Shown here piece after piece: positions 18,852 to 27,795 of a stretch of 32,634 nt of DNA. The notes under the pieces are model-generated. The model was not told the DNA's origin, made no database searches, and saw only the letters and a list, made by a program, of their open reading frames with translations. Every line of letters begins with the position of its first letter. Within the stretch, counting starts at the first letter, position 1. The position numbers and the translations under genes are program-made. This stretch comes from Spirochaetota bacterium. Its GTDB lineage: Bacteria > Spirochaetota > UBA4802 > UBA5550. The stretch lies in contig JBNKTL010000053.1 in the NCBI GenBank assembly GCA_050298055.1, positions 1-32,634 on the forward strand, given 5' to 3'.

Positions 18852-19145
18852 CTATTCAATCAAACTATAAGTACTCAATTCTATATGCGCCTTTCCACCG
18901 GTAATCAGCTCCTCCCACCTGGCATTGATCTCTTCCCACTCCGGGCTGCCCATACAGGCTTCATGGCTCTCTTTACTGTCCCAGACAAAACGTGTCATTA
19001 TATGGGAACCGTCATGGGAAAGATGCAGGGCAAGATCAACCAGGCCATTTTGCTCTTTGAAAATGAGGAGTGAACTTTTTGAAATATTAATGATGGCATC
19101 TTTTACATCTTCATTAAAAAAAGTTTTTGTCATTACAACGAACAT
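18852..19145 (-). CDS. Antibiotic-biosynthesis-monooxygenase (ABM)-like dimeric alpha+beta barrel protein
   Basis: 97 aa; FKEQNGL and WDSKESHEAC...SPE pattern; GGAGG RBS. Confidence 0.75.
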   Translation of the reverse strand: MFVVMTKTFFNEDVKDAIINISKSSLLIFKEQNGLVDLALHLSHDGSHIMTRFVWDSKESHEACMGSPEWEEINARWEELITGGKAHIELSTYSLIE

Positions 19146-19404
19146 AAAACCTCCCGTGAACCGGTAAAATTAAGTGAGGTGCGTATTATAATATTCCTGA
19201 AATCCGGATCAACAAGTATTTGCAAAGAAGACTTACTTTATGACCTTTTTATAAACAATAAAATTAACTGTGAAATCTCTTCTCTCTTTTTCCTTATAGT
19301 CCTTTGCACATTGAAGGTTTGAAATAGAATGATAAATTTTTTATGTTGACTATTTTCTTTTTATTGAGGAATTTAATTCTCGATGAATCTAGTTCTGAAA
19401 GAGT

Positions 19405-20076
19405 GTGACAAGCTCCGGTAACTGTGATAAAATGACAAAAATTACCTTTCAAATAAAAGATGAATGCAGAAAGAACCTTGCCCGGTTTACGGAAAGGGCC
19501 CTTTCTTTAATTCCTCATCTGGATCATCCGATAATTCTTGATATTGGATGCGGAACCGGGATACCAACCCTGATTCTTGCTGAAAAGTTCGATGGGACTG
19601 TTTATGCCGTTGATATAGACACTCCATCACTTGAGGTTTTGGAAGAGAAGATCAAAGGTCTTAATAAATACCGGAAAATAGTGTTGTTAAATGATTCACT
19701 GTTAAACCTCGCAAAGCTTAACCTGAAATTTGATATCATACTTGCAGAGGGTGTACTGAATGTTGTGGGTTTCCAGAAAGGGCTGAAAATCCTTGCGGAA
19801 AATTGTGTAAAACAGGGATATATAATTATTCACGATGAGTATCAGAATGATCCCGTGAAGAGAAGGAATTTTCACAAAAATAAACTTGACGTGATAGGTT
19901 CTTTTAAACTGAATAAAGATACCTGGTGGGATGAATATTACTCCTGCCTTGAAGAACGGATGGTTAAAACCGGCAATACTAATCTCTTTGCCGAAGAAAT
20001 AAACGAAATCAATGAATATAAACTTAATCCGGAAAAATTCGAATCAATCTATTATATATTAAAAAATAAAATATAA
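19405..20076 (+). CDS. Class I SAM-dependent methyltransferase
   Basis: ILDIGCGTG motif I, AVDID, FDIILAEG; true start may be the ATG at 19432. Confidence 0.9.
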   Translation: MTSSGNCDKMTKITFQIKDECRKNLARFTERALSLIPHLDHPIILDIGCGTGIPTLILAEKFDGTVYAVDIDTPSLEVLEEKIKGLNKYRKIVLLNDSLLNLAKLNLKFDIILAEGVLNVVGFQKGLKILAENCVKQGYIIIHDEYQNDPVKRRNFHKNKLDVIGSFKLNKDTWWDEYYSCLEERMVKTGNTNLFAEEINEINEYKLNPEKFESIYYILKNKI

Positions 20077-20096
20077 TAATCCTACAGGAGAAATAG

Positions 20097-20930
20097 ATGA
20101 AAAAACCAATTCACCCATTACTCATTCTTTTTTCTGCATTTTTACTTATTATTTCCGGTTGCAGCAAAGGGGAAAAAGATGAGACAGTTGAGGAGAAGGT
20201 GGATATTGCCTCAATCTCCTCATCAAAAATAATCAGCATCCTCTCCTCCAGCAATCTCCATGGTGTAAACATTAATTACCGGGTAAGTAATATTTTTGAC
20301 AAACTTCCCGACGGATGCTGGTGTGAAGGGTCTTCCGGTGACGGAAAGGGACAATATGTTATTTTAACATTTGATAAAATAGTCACAGTGAACAAGTTCT
20401 TTATAATGAACGGCTTTGCCGATACCAAGTTCTACAGAAAAAAAAACAGGATCCGCACTCTGGATATTAATGGTACGGTTGTGAAACTTGCCGACACTCC
20501 TTATGTCCAGGAAATAAAATTAAAAAAACCGGTCACAGGGAATAAAATAAAATTCACTATCACCGGTGTCTATAAGGGTGAACGTGATGACGATGCATGT
20601 ATAGCCGAGCTCTCTTTTCAAAAGATAGGCATTGCTCCAAAGAAAACAATTGTCTATCCTGTTACCCTACCCAGAAACGGATATTCCTTCACCCTTGGTG
20701 ATGAAGGGAAAGTCAACGTCTCCGGTATTGGCGATGTTGATTGTCCCGCGATCTTCGTTAAAGGAAACTGGACCCTGAATTCAAGGGGAAATTATGTTGT
20801 CGATTATACCGTAAAAAGCGACAAAATGTGCGGCGGCATCCAGATTATTAAAAGAAGTAAATCGTGGGATTTCAGCAGCATGAAGACTGTCTTTACTCCC
20901 GATCAGTTGAAGAGGAGAATGCGGTTTTAA
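20097..20930 (+). CDS. Lipoprotein with a discoidin-like / NADase-type glycan-binding beta-sandwich domain
   Basis: AGGAG RBS, lipobox IISGC, pattern WCEG..GDG.G...NGF...NR...I..VYKG...D.CIAEL. Confidence 0.75.
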   Translation: MKKPIHPLLILFSAFLLIISGCSKGEKDETVEEKVDIASISSSKIISILSSSNLHGVNINYRVSNIFDKLPDGCWCEGSSGDGKGQYVILTFDKIVTVNKFFIMNGFADTKFYRKKNRIRTLDINGTVVKLADTPYVQEIKLKKPVTGNKIKFTITGVYKGERDDDACIAELSFQKIGIAPKKTIVYPVTLPRNGYSFTLGDEGKVNVSGIGDVDCPAIFVKGNWTLNSRGNYVVDYTVKSDKMCGGIQIIKRSKSWDFSSMKTVFTPDQLKRRMRF

Positions 20931-20988
20931 GAGAACTTTCATTTATGAGAATGGATATTCCCTATGGGTGTACATCCATTGATTTAAA

Positions 20989-22149
20989 TCATTCTCCTCT
21001 CTTTGCGGCTGATAGTGCCGGCTTCAGGTCAAACACGGTAATTTCAGGGGGCGCGAGAAACCTCACCGGGGGACCCCAGGTACCGGTCCCCCGGCTCACA
21101 TAGACCTTTGTATTGTTGTCAATCCTGTACATACCGCAGAAAAAGGGGAAAACAATCCTCACTAAGAAGGTAAAGGGAAAAATCTGCCCGGCATGGGTAT
21201 GCCCGGAAAGCTGCAGGTCAAATTTACCGGTTGCTCTTTTATTAATCCGGGGCTGGTGCTTCATAAGAATTGAGTATAATTTTTCATCAACCCCGGAGAG
21301 GACATCCTCCTCACTCCTCTCAATTGCGACATCAAACCGCGTTGCCGAAAGATCATCCACACCGGAAATGCTTACTACACCGGCAATGACCCTGCTCCTG
21401 TTCCGCAGCAGAGTAAAGCCGCACTCTTTTATGAACTTCGTACTGTAATCGATGCCGGTAATGAACTCGTGATTTCCCGTTATGGCAATCTTGCCCAGAG
21501 GAGCATTGATGCTTCCCAGTATTCTGGAGACTTCACTGCTGTTCCTGATGGCCCTGTCCAGGAGGTCGCCGGTTGAGAGCAAAAGGTCAGGTTTTTCCTT
21601 TTCCACGAGTTCCTTGATTTTCAATGCCATGGATGCGCTGAGTATGGGGCTGAAGTGAACATCGGATATCTGCACAATCCTGATCTTCTTTTTCAGCTTA
21701 TTGAGTTTTTCAGATCTTATATCAATTCTTTCGATTTTTATGGATTTCGCTTCAATATAACCGTAGAGTACAATTGAAATGCATATGAAGGAGGTCAGCA
21801 GTGTAAATTTCCGTGCCATCTTTGCAGAGGGTTTTAACCCTGTTTTCTCGGAGATAAAGAGCAAAAGGTCCGCAATGCCGTGGATAACCAGGAAGAGAAA
21901 GAGAAAAGCGATCCAGCTGTAGCCGGTAAAGCCCGTGAAAGCTGCCATAAGGGGGATTTCGTTAATACTGAAAAAAACCGTAGCAACAGGAGTTAATATC
22001 AGGGTGAGAATAACCAGCCTCAGCAGGAGAAGAGGAAGAGATTTTGCAGTGAGTATACTCCTGTGTTTCTTGATAAAATAGTAATTTAAAAGACTGTAAA
22101 CCGTTATGACAATGAATATGAATATTATGAACTGAAGTCTTGAATTCAT
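20989..22149 (-). CDS. Membrane-anchored calcineurin-like metallophosphoesterase (YkuE/YaeI-like)
   Basis: N-terminal TM helices; SDVH, TGDLLD, GNHE, HQP, LSGHTHAGQ, YVSRGTGTWGPP. Confidence 0.93.
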   Translation of the reverse strand: MNSRLQFIIFIFIVITVYSLLNYYFIKKHRSILTAKSLPLLLLRLVILTLILTPVATVFFSINEIPLMAAFTGFTGYSWIAFLFLFLVIHGIADLLLFISEKTGLKPSAKMARKFTLLTSFICISIVLYGYIEAKSIKIERIDIRSEKLNKLKKKIRIVQISDVHFSPILSASMALKIKELVEKEKPDLLLSTGDLLDRAIRNSSEVSRILGSINAPLGKIAITGNHEFITGIDYSTKFIKECGFTLLRNRSRVIAGVVSISGVDDLSATRFDVAIERSEEDVLSGVDEKLYSILMKHQPRINKRATGKFDLQLSGHTHAGQIFPFTFLVRIVFPFFCGMYRIDNNTKVYVSRGTGTWGPPVRFLAPPEITVFDLKPALSAAKRGE

Positions 22150-22184
22150 AAACTACCTCTTATTATCGGTATGAGCATATCTTC

Positions 22185-22213
22185 AGTATATTACTGCAAC
22201 CAGGGGATGTCAA
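22185..22213 (-). promoter_or_regulatory. Near-consensus sigma70 promoter of the metallophosphoesterase
   Basis: Minus strand TTGACA-N17-TATACT, followed by AGAGGT RBS. Confidence 0.75.
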
Positions 22214-22296
22214 TGAAAGAAAAAATCAATTATTATGTTGCATAAAAATTATTCTGTATGATTATTACCCATACTTTAGTTCGATAATGATTATTA

Positions 22297-22436
22297 ATTA
22301 CTACTCAGAAATGTATAAGAATAATCATGTTCAATAAAATGATAACTGATATGTCCCGCAGCCGACCGCGGCGGGGACATATTGGTGATATCTTTAGTAA
22401 ATAAGTTAATTATCGCTATATAGCTGAGAAACTACT
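22297..22436 (+). mobile_element. MITE-like element with central GC hairpin, copy 3
   Basis: Left end ATTACTACTCAG, hairpin ATATGTCCC...GGGACATAT at 22349-22383, degenerate right end CTGAGAAACT. Confidence 0.7.
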
Positions 22437-22461
22437 ATTTCTTAGTAAAACCGGAGCAGAT

Positions 22462-25053
22462 GTGCCAGATATTAATGACCGCGAAACATTCCGTTTTTTA
22501 AATGTCCTGGACGAGATTGAAAAGGGAGAGGTCTTCAGCAAGCTGAAAAAGATTCCCTTTAAAAAGGGTGAAATTATCTGCAGGAAAGGTGATCCGGGGA
22601 TTTCTCTCTTCATGATATCATCAGGGAGAGTTGATTCAATTATAAACAGTGCAGGGAACGAGTACAGGATTGACAGTAAAGAAGAAGGGGAAGTCTTTGG
22701 TGAAATTTCCCTTTTTACCGGCAAACCGAGACCCTCTGACATCAAAGCGGCCACAGACGGTGAACTCTTTGAACTTAAAAAAACCGATTTTGAAGAAATT
22801 GTAAAAAAACACCCCTCGATAAAAGACAAGCTCCTGATACTGCTGGCCGGGCAGCTTCACAAATCTGTTGTAACAAAACACCTGCATGAATCCAAAAATG
22901 ACGATGCCATAATCGATCTCATAAGCAAGACCCGGCCGCCGGAAATTGACCACTATCCGGGCGTTTCACGATGGGCGGAAGATCTGAACAGGTATATCCT
23001 TGAACTGAGCATGTCTCATAAAAATGTACTCGTCACAGGCTCCCCCGGCACCGAGAAGTCCCTCGTAGCGGAACTTATCCATTTTGTAAAGCCGGGTGAG
23101 AAGGGACATCTCCTCTTTTTGAACTGTGCGGAACCTCCCCCGGTCCTGAGGAATATTGATGATACCTATGCTGATCTGTGTGAAAAGCCCGCCCTGCTTG
23201 CCGCACAGGAGTACGCCCTTTTCGGCATAAAGAAATGCGGTTCAGATACCGTTGAAATGACCGGGAAAGGGTACCTTGAACTGGCTTCCGGCGGGACCCT
23301 TGTTCTTGAAAACACCGATAAGCTCCTTCCGGAAGCACAGGAAAAACTGGCCGGGTATCTCGCCACACCCCCCGGGAAGCCGTTCAATGAGACCGGTAAG
23401 ATCCGCTACAATCTTCGTCTCATTGCAACTGCCTCACAGGATATTGAACAGATGGCGGATACAGGAGAATTCCACAGCACCCTTTTTGATCTCCTGAGAG
23501 AGGAATATATCGAAATAATTCCTCTCTGGAAAAGGAAAAAGGACATTCAGGTAATCGCCGAACTGATCCTCAATGACAGGAAGAAGAGAGAGGGGAAGGA
23601 GATACAGGGATTTACCCATGAAGCAATAAGTGTTCTTGTAAACTACGAGTGGCCCCTGAACTATGAACAGCTGAAACAGGTTGTTTACAGGGCAGTTGCC
23701 CTCTGTACCGAAGACCGGATAAGGGACGACCACCTGATACTGGATATTCTCTCCTTTTCACAGGAGGGTCAGGTCAACCTGCTGAACTTCAGTTTTTTTC
23801 AAAAGCTGGTCCATAAAAGCTATTTCCCCACTATCATAAAAAATATTTCAATACCAATTTTCATCGCGCTTACTATTTATATGCTTGCGGGACCGGAGAA
23901 CCGAAACCTTGCAAATATTATTATCTGGTCACTCTGGTGGCCCACCCTTCTCTTTCTCAATGCCATTGGACCCAGAAGCTGGTGCTCTGTCTGCCCGCTG
24001 CCTGATATAGGAAGCGGTTCCCATCTTTTTTTCAACGGGCTCTTCGCGCCGCCGGCTTTTTTGAAAAAGTACGCTCAGCCCCTGGGTATCGCCGGATTTT
24101 TTGTCATTCTCTTTACCGAATATGTCTTTCATATGTTCAGGAACCCGTCCGCAACCGGGTATCTTCTGCTTACCATGCTTGCAGGGGCATCTATCATGGG
24201 ACTGCTCTGGGGAAAGAGAGCATGGTGCAAGTATTTTTGTCCCCTGGGGAGAATGCTGAGCCTCTTCTCCCCGGTTTCCCTCCTTGAATTGAGAAGCAAT
24301 AAGAACATCTGTATTAACCAGTGCGCAACATACGACTGCATAAAGGACAATAGCTGCCCCATGGGTATCCACCCGTCAACAACGGTAAATAACTATGACT
24401 GCGTATTCTGCCTCTCCTGCGTCAAAAAATGTCCCTTTAATGCCATACATATAAGCGGGAGGGTCCCCTGGAGGGGTGTCCTTGAGAAAAAATACTGGCA
24501 GATCCGCGGAGGCCTTTTTGCCATCCTGATAACAGGTTCTGTCCTGGCGGTAAACCTGCCCAAACTGATTTACGGGAACAATTATGTTTTTGCAATGCTC
24601 CCTGAAATCATGAAGACAAATATCAACTCCTGGCAGGACCTGCTTTTTCTGACCGCGCTTTTAGGGTATCCCCTTCTGGTTTACGCCATTAATTATCTTT
24701 TTCTCCCCAGGGAAAACAGGACAATTTTCAGAAGCCTCGGTTATTCATACCTGCCCCTGGCTTTCTTCGGTCTTTTCAGCGTCTATTTCAGGGAGTTTAT
24801 CAATAAGGGACCGAATATCCTTCCCCTGGTTTTTGAGCTTGCAGGACTTCAGGGCAGGGTCCCCCTGGAGTATCTTGTCCTGAACCTGGGAACACTGAAC
24901 CTGCTCTTTCCCTTTATCGCGTTGACATCTCTCCTCATCTCAATCTACCTTCTGAACCAGATATCCGCCAGGGTGGAGATGCCGGAAAGGGTAAGAAGGC
25001 TTAACAGGTTTATTCTTATTCTTACCGCACTGTTGTTCCTCTTTCTTCTTTAA
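22462..25053 (+). CDS. Fusion of cNMP-binding domain, degenerate sigma54-activator AAA+ domain and NapH/FixG-like membrane 4Fe-4S domain
   Basis: GEVFGEISLFTGKPR (cNMP); VTGSPGTEKS, LNCA, ALFG, GYLELASGGTL, RKKDI, YEWPLN (AAA+); WCSVCP, WCKYFCPLG, CVFCLSCVKKCP and many TM helices; GGAG before GTG. Confidence 0.88.
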   Translation: MPDINDRETFRFLNVLDEIEKGEVFSKLKKIPFKKGEIICRKGDPGISLFMISSGRVDSIINSAGNEYRIDSKEEGEVFGEISLFTGKPRPSDIKAATDGELFELKKTDFEEIVKKHPSIKDKLLILLAGQLHKSVVTKHLHESKNDDAIIDLISKTRPPEIDHYPGVSRWAEDLNRYILELSMSHKNVLVTGSPGTEKSLVAELIHFVKPGEKGHLLFLNCAEPPPVLRNIDDTYADLCEKPALLAAQEYALFGIKKCGSDTVEMTGKGYLELASGGTLVLENTDKLLPEAQEKLAGYLATPPGKPFNETGKIRYNLRLIATASQDIEQMADTGEFHSTLFDLLREEYIEIIPLWKRKKDIQVIAELILNDRKKREGKEIQGFTHEAISVLVNYEWPLNYEQLKQVVYRAVALCTEDRIRDDHLILDILSFSQEGQVNLLNFSFFQKLVHKSYFPTIIKNISIPIFIALTIYMLAGPENRNLANIIIWSLWWPTLLFLNAIGPRSWCSVCPLPDIGSGSHLFFNGLFAPPAFLKKYAQPLGIAGFFVILFTEYVFHMFRNPSATGYLLLTMLAGASIMGLLWGKRAWCKYFCPLGRMLSLFSPVSLLELRSNKNICINQCATYDCIKDNSCPMGIHPSTTVNNYDCVFCLSCVKKCPFNAIHISGRVPWRGVLEKKYWQIRGGLFAILITGSVLAVNLPKLIYGNNYVFAMLPEIMKTNINSWQDLLFLTALLGYPLLVYAINYLFLPRENRTIFRSLGYSYLPLAFFGLFSVYFREFINKGPNILPLVFELAGLQGRVPLEYLVLNLGTLNLLFPFIALTSLLISIYLLNQISARVEMPERVRRLNRFILILTALLFLFLL

Positions 25054-25216
25054 AATTCCAAAAAAATGCCCTACAGTCTCAAATTCTTTTTATTTTTTTT
25101 GATACTCAATAGTATATATATCATATACACAGCTGAATAATTACCCTTTCGATACATTGTCATTGACACCTGATTCCATAAAATATATTTTAAACAGTGA
25201 GAGGAGAAGAACCGTC

Positions 25217-25633
25217 ATGCCGTCAAAAACCCGGAAAACAAAGGATCCGCTGACCTTTGATGAGTATAAGACCATTAAAGATGAGATAATCGAAATAAGC
25301 GAGCAGCGCTTTGAGAATATCCTCACAAAAAGGCTGAAAGAGTTTAAAGTATCTCTCATGGAAGAGATCAATATGAGGATCGATGCGTTGGAGAATAAAT
25401 TTTCAACAAAATTTGACGCCATTGATTCAAGATTTGATGCCATTGATTCAAGATTTGACGCCATTGATTCAAGATTTGAAGCCATTGATTCAAGATTTGA
25501 AGCCATTGACTCAAAATTTGACGGGATGAACTCAAAATTCGGCTCCCTTGAAAAAAGAATGACCTTTCTGACCTGGTTCCTTCCCGTTTTTATGACAATG
25601 CTTATGCTGACGCTGAAATATTTTGGGAAATAA
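25217..25633 (+). CDS. Heptad-repeat coiled-coil protein with C-terminal membrane anchor (Bdr/DUF1640-like architecture)
   Basis: GAGGAG RBS before ATG 25217; (K/R)F(D/E)AIDS repeats; hydrophobic C-terminus FLTWFLPVFMTMLMLTL. Confidence 0.8.
   Translation: MPSKTRKTKDPLTFDEYKTIKDEIIEISEQRFENILTKRLKEFKVSLMEEINMRIDALENKFSTKFDAIDSRFDAIDSRFDAIDSRFEAIDSRFEAIDSKFDGMNSKFGSLEKRMTFLTWFLPVFMTMLMLTLKYFGK
25409..25534 (+). repeat. In-frame 21 bp tandem repeat, about 6 copies
   Basis: Consensus A(A/G)ATTTGA(C/T/A)GCCATTGATTCA, last copy degenerate. Confidence 0.92.
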
Positions 25634-25648
25634 GTATATACTGATACT

Positions 25649-27484
25649 CTAATCCATCAATTCAGCATAGGCGCTGTTAACCAGGTCATCGATACCGCTC
25701 TTGACCTTCCTTTTAAGATATTCCGCTTTGAGTGTCATCCTGGATATATAGGAACGGGCGGCAACCTCCTTTTTTTCCGAGATTGTAGCCTGTCTCAGGA
25801 GGAGATAGGACTTGATGATACCGCTGAGAATATCCGCGTAATCCCTCTGGTACATACCGTTGTACCTGCGGCCCTCTTCCTTCCCCTTGTTCCTCTCCTG
25901 GATAAAAAGTGACTCCCTGACCTCCTTCAGTTCCCTTCTCATCTGGTCCACAACAGGAAGGAGTTCGCGAATGATATTTTTACCGTTGGAATTCTTCAGT
26001 ATCTCGTCCCTGTAGTCATCCATGAACCTGTCGAAGAAGAGCTTGTTGGTTTCGGTCTCCACAAAACTGCTGTTGCCTCCCATCTTATACTGGTTGATAA
26101 GAGCAACTTTCTCCGAATAGAAGGACTCGTTGAAGATCTGGTCCAGTTGTATCTGGCTGGTCCCTTCATAGATATTAGTGATCCTCACATCCCGGTAATA
26201 TCTTTCCATGGGATAATCCTTGGTAAACCCGTTCCCTCCGAAAACCTGGAGTGAAGAGTTCGCCACCCTGTTCCCCAGCTCGGCACCGTCGTATTTGGAG
26301 AGACAGACGAGAAGTTCGGTTATCTTTGAGTAGACACGGAGTTTTTTCTTGAGCTCTTCATACTCCGGGCTTCCCTCCTCCATCTCTTTCATCTTTTTCT
26401 TCAGGGCTTCCTTCATATCGAAATTAAAGGCGGCATAGTATATGAGGGCCCGGGTTGCCTGGAGATCAATCTCGTTCTCATAGAGGATCTGCCTCACCGG
26501 CGGGTGTTCCACAATGGGGACACCAAACTGCACCCTCTCGTTTGTTGCATAGTTTCTCGCCATCTGGTGCGCGGCCTGCCCGATTCCGAGCCCCTGGGTA
26601 GCGGTCCCCATCCGCGCGATATACATGAGCATGATCATGTTGGGCACAAGCCCGTCACCGATCTTCCCTATCATCACACCGGGAGAATTATCAAAGTAGA
26701 GCTCGCAGGTAGGGGACCCGGTAATGCCGAGCTTATGCTCGACCCGTGCGACCGCCTTGTCCTCAGACATGACAAGTATCATGCTGATCTCACCATTGAC
26801 CTTTGCCAGGGTCAGTACATCACCGAACCCGTTGGTTATAAAGATCTTTGTTCCGCTTACAAGGTAGACATCGCCAAGCTTTTCCAGTTCTTTGACCCTG
26901 GCACTCCTCTTTGATTTATCATCTCCCACAGGTTCGGCAACGGTAGTCATACCGGAGAGGTCGCTGCCCGCATGGGGCTCGGTAAGTCCCATACCGCAGA
27001 TTCTCTCACCGGTGATCAGTTTCGGGAGGTACTCTTCCCTGATTTTCTCGTTTGCGAACTCGTTGATGACCAGGGCGCATCCCTCCTGAAGCATGGGAGA
27101 AAGGCCAATACTGGAATCTGCCATTGAGAAGAGTTCGCCGATGGCAAAAAATGAGGTTAGGGCAAAACCGAATCCCCCGGCAGCTTCGGGCAGCGTAGTG
27201 CCGCAGAAAAGTCCCATGGATTTAAGCCTGTTCAGGTTGTCCTGCATTTTTGCGGGGATCCTGACCTCTTTCTTTCCTTTTTTTCCATCCACAAGTTCGC
27301 ATCCCTCACGATCAACTTCTTCCGCTGCGGGAATAACGTTCTTTTCACAGAACTGGGCGACCGACTGCAGTGTCATAATATATTCATCCTTCAGGCTCTC
27401 TCCGCCGTTTATCTCTGCAATCCTCTCCCAGTCGATAAACTGCTCCATGTTAAAAAGAAGGTCATCGTAGATAAGCTTGTCCAT
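25649..27484 (-). CDS. Acyl-CoA dehydrogenase family protein
   Basis: MGLTEPHAGSDL, GTKIFITNG, EHKLGITGSPTC, RVQFG, QVFGGNG, RDVRITNIYEGTSQIQ; ATG 27484 has a GGAGG RBS (ORF track start 27511). Confidence 0.93.
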   Translation of the reverse strand: MDKLIYDDLLFNMEQFIDWERIAEINGGESLKDEYIMTLQSVAQFCEKNVIPAAEEVDREGCELVDGKKGKKEVRIPAKMQDNLNRLKSMGLFCGTTLPEAAGGFGFALTSFFAIGELFSMADSSIGLSPMLQEGCALVINEFANEKIREEYLPKLITGERICGMGLTEPHAGSDLSGMTTVAEPVGDDKSKRSARVKELEKLGDVYLVSGTKIFITNGFGDVLTLAKVNGEISMILVMSEDKAVARVEHKLGITGSPTCELYFDNSPGVMIGKIGDGLVPNMIMLMYIARMGTATQGLGIGQAAHQMARNYATNERVQFGVPIVEHPPVRQILYENEIDLQATRALIYYAAFNFDMKEALKKKMKEMEEGSPEYEELKKKLRVYSKITELLVCLSKYDGAELGNRVANSSLQVFGGNGFTKDYPMERYYRDVRITNIYEGTSQIQLDQIFNESFYSEKVALINQYKMGGNSSFVETETNKLFFDRFMDDYRDEILKNSNGKNIIRELLPVVDQMRRELKEVRESLFIQERNKGKEEGRRYNGMYQRDYADILSGIIKSYLLLRQATISEKKEVAARSYISRMTLKAEYLKRKVKSGIDDLVNSAYAELMD

Positions 27485-27536
27485 TTTATCCTCCGGTTTT
27501 GTTATATACAATCAGTTTTATTTCTTACAGTTAACT

Positions 27537-27746
27537 CTGTCATCATGAGGAGCAAAGCGACTAACCTGTTCCCCTCGATACAATTTGCCGCACTTTATAA
27601 AGAGCATAAAGCAGTGTATTAATAAAGCGGCAAATCACTCGGGGAACAACAGGCGCTCATCGAGTGATCCTGCATCTCGATATGCCATTTCCTAACTACT
27701 AATGAGAGCAGGATCGTATCGAGATGAGCTGCGCTCGCTATGACAG
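27537..27746. repeat. Composite nested palindromic (REP/MITE-like) element, copy B
   Basis: CTGTCAT...ATGACAG ends; inner units at 27567-27648 and 27655-27729; shares TGTTCCCCTCGATACAATTTGCCGCA, AATAAAGCGGCAAATCACTCGGGGAACA and GCTCATCGAGTGATCCTGCAT exactly with copy A. Confidence 0.85.
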
Positions 27747-27795
27747 TTATTAAAATTAATTTAAATCTGTTCATCTTCTCCCCAGACAAGCACCC

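Noticed and set aside
18282..22149. Integron cassette array
   Set aside because: Genes are in mixed orientation, several have their own promoters, and no attC-like sites or integrase were seen
25141..25506. Antisense ORF with (MASNLES)n repeats
   Set aside because: Mirror of the 21 bp repeat; the plus-strand ORF has the RBS, heptad pattern and membrane anchor
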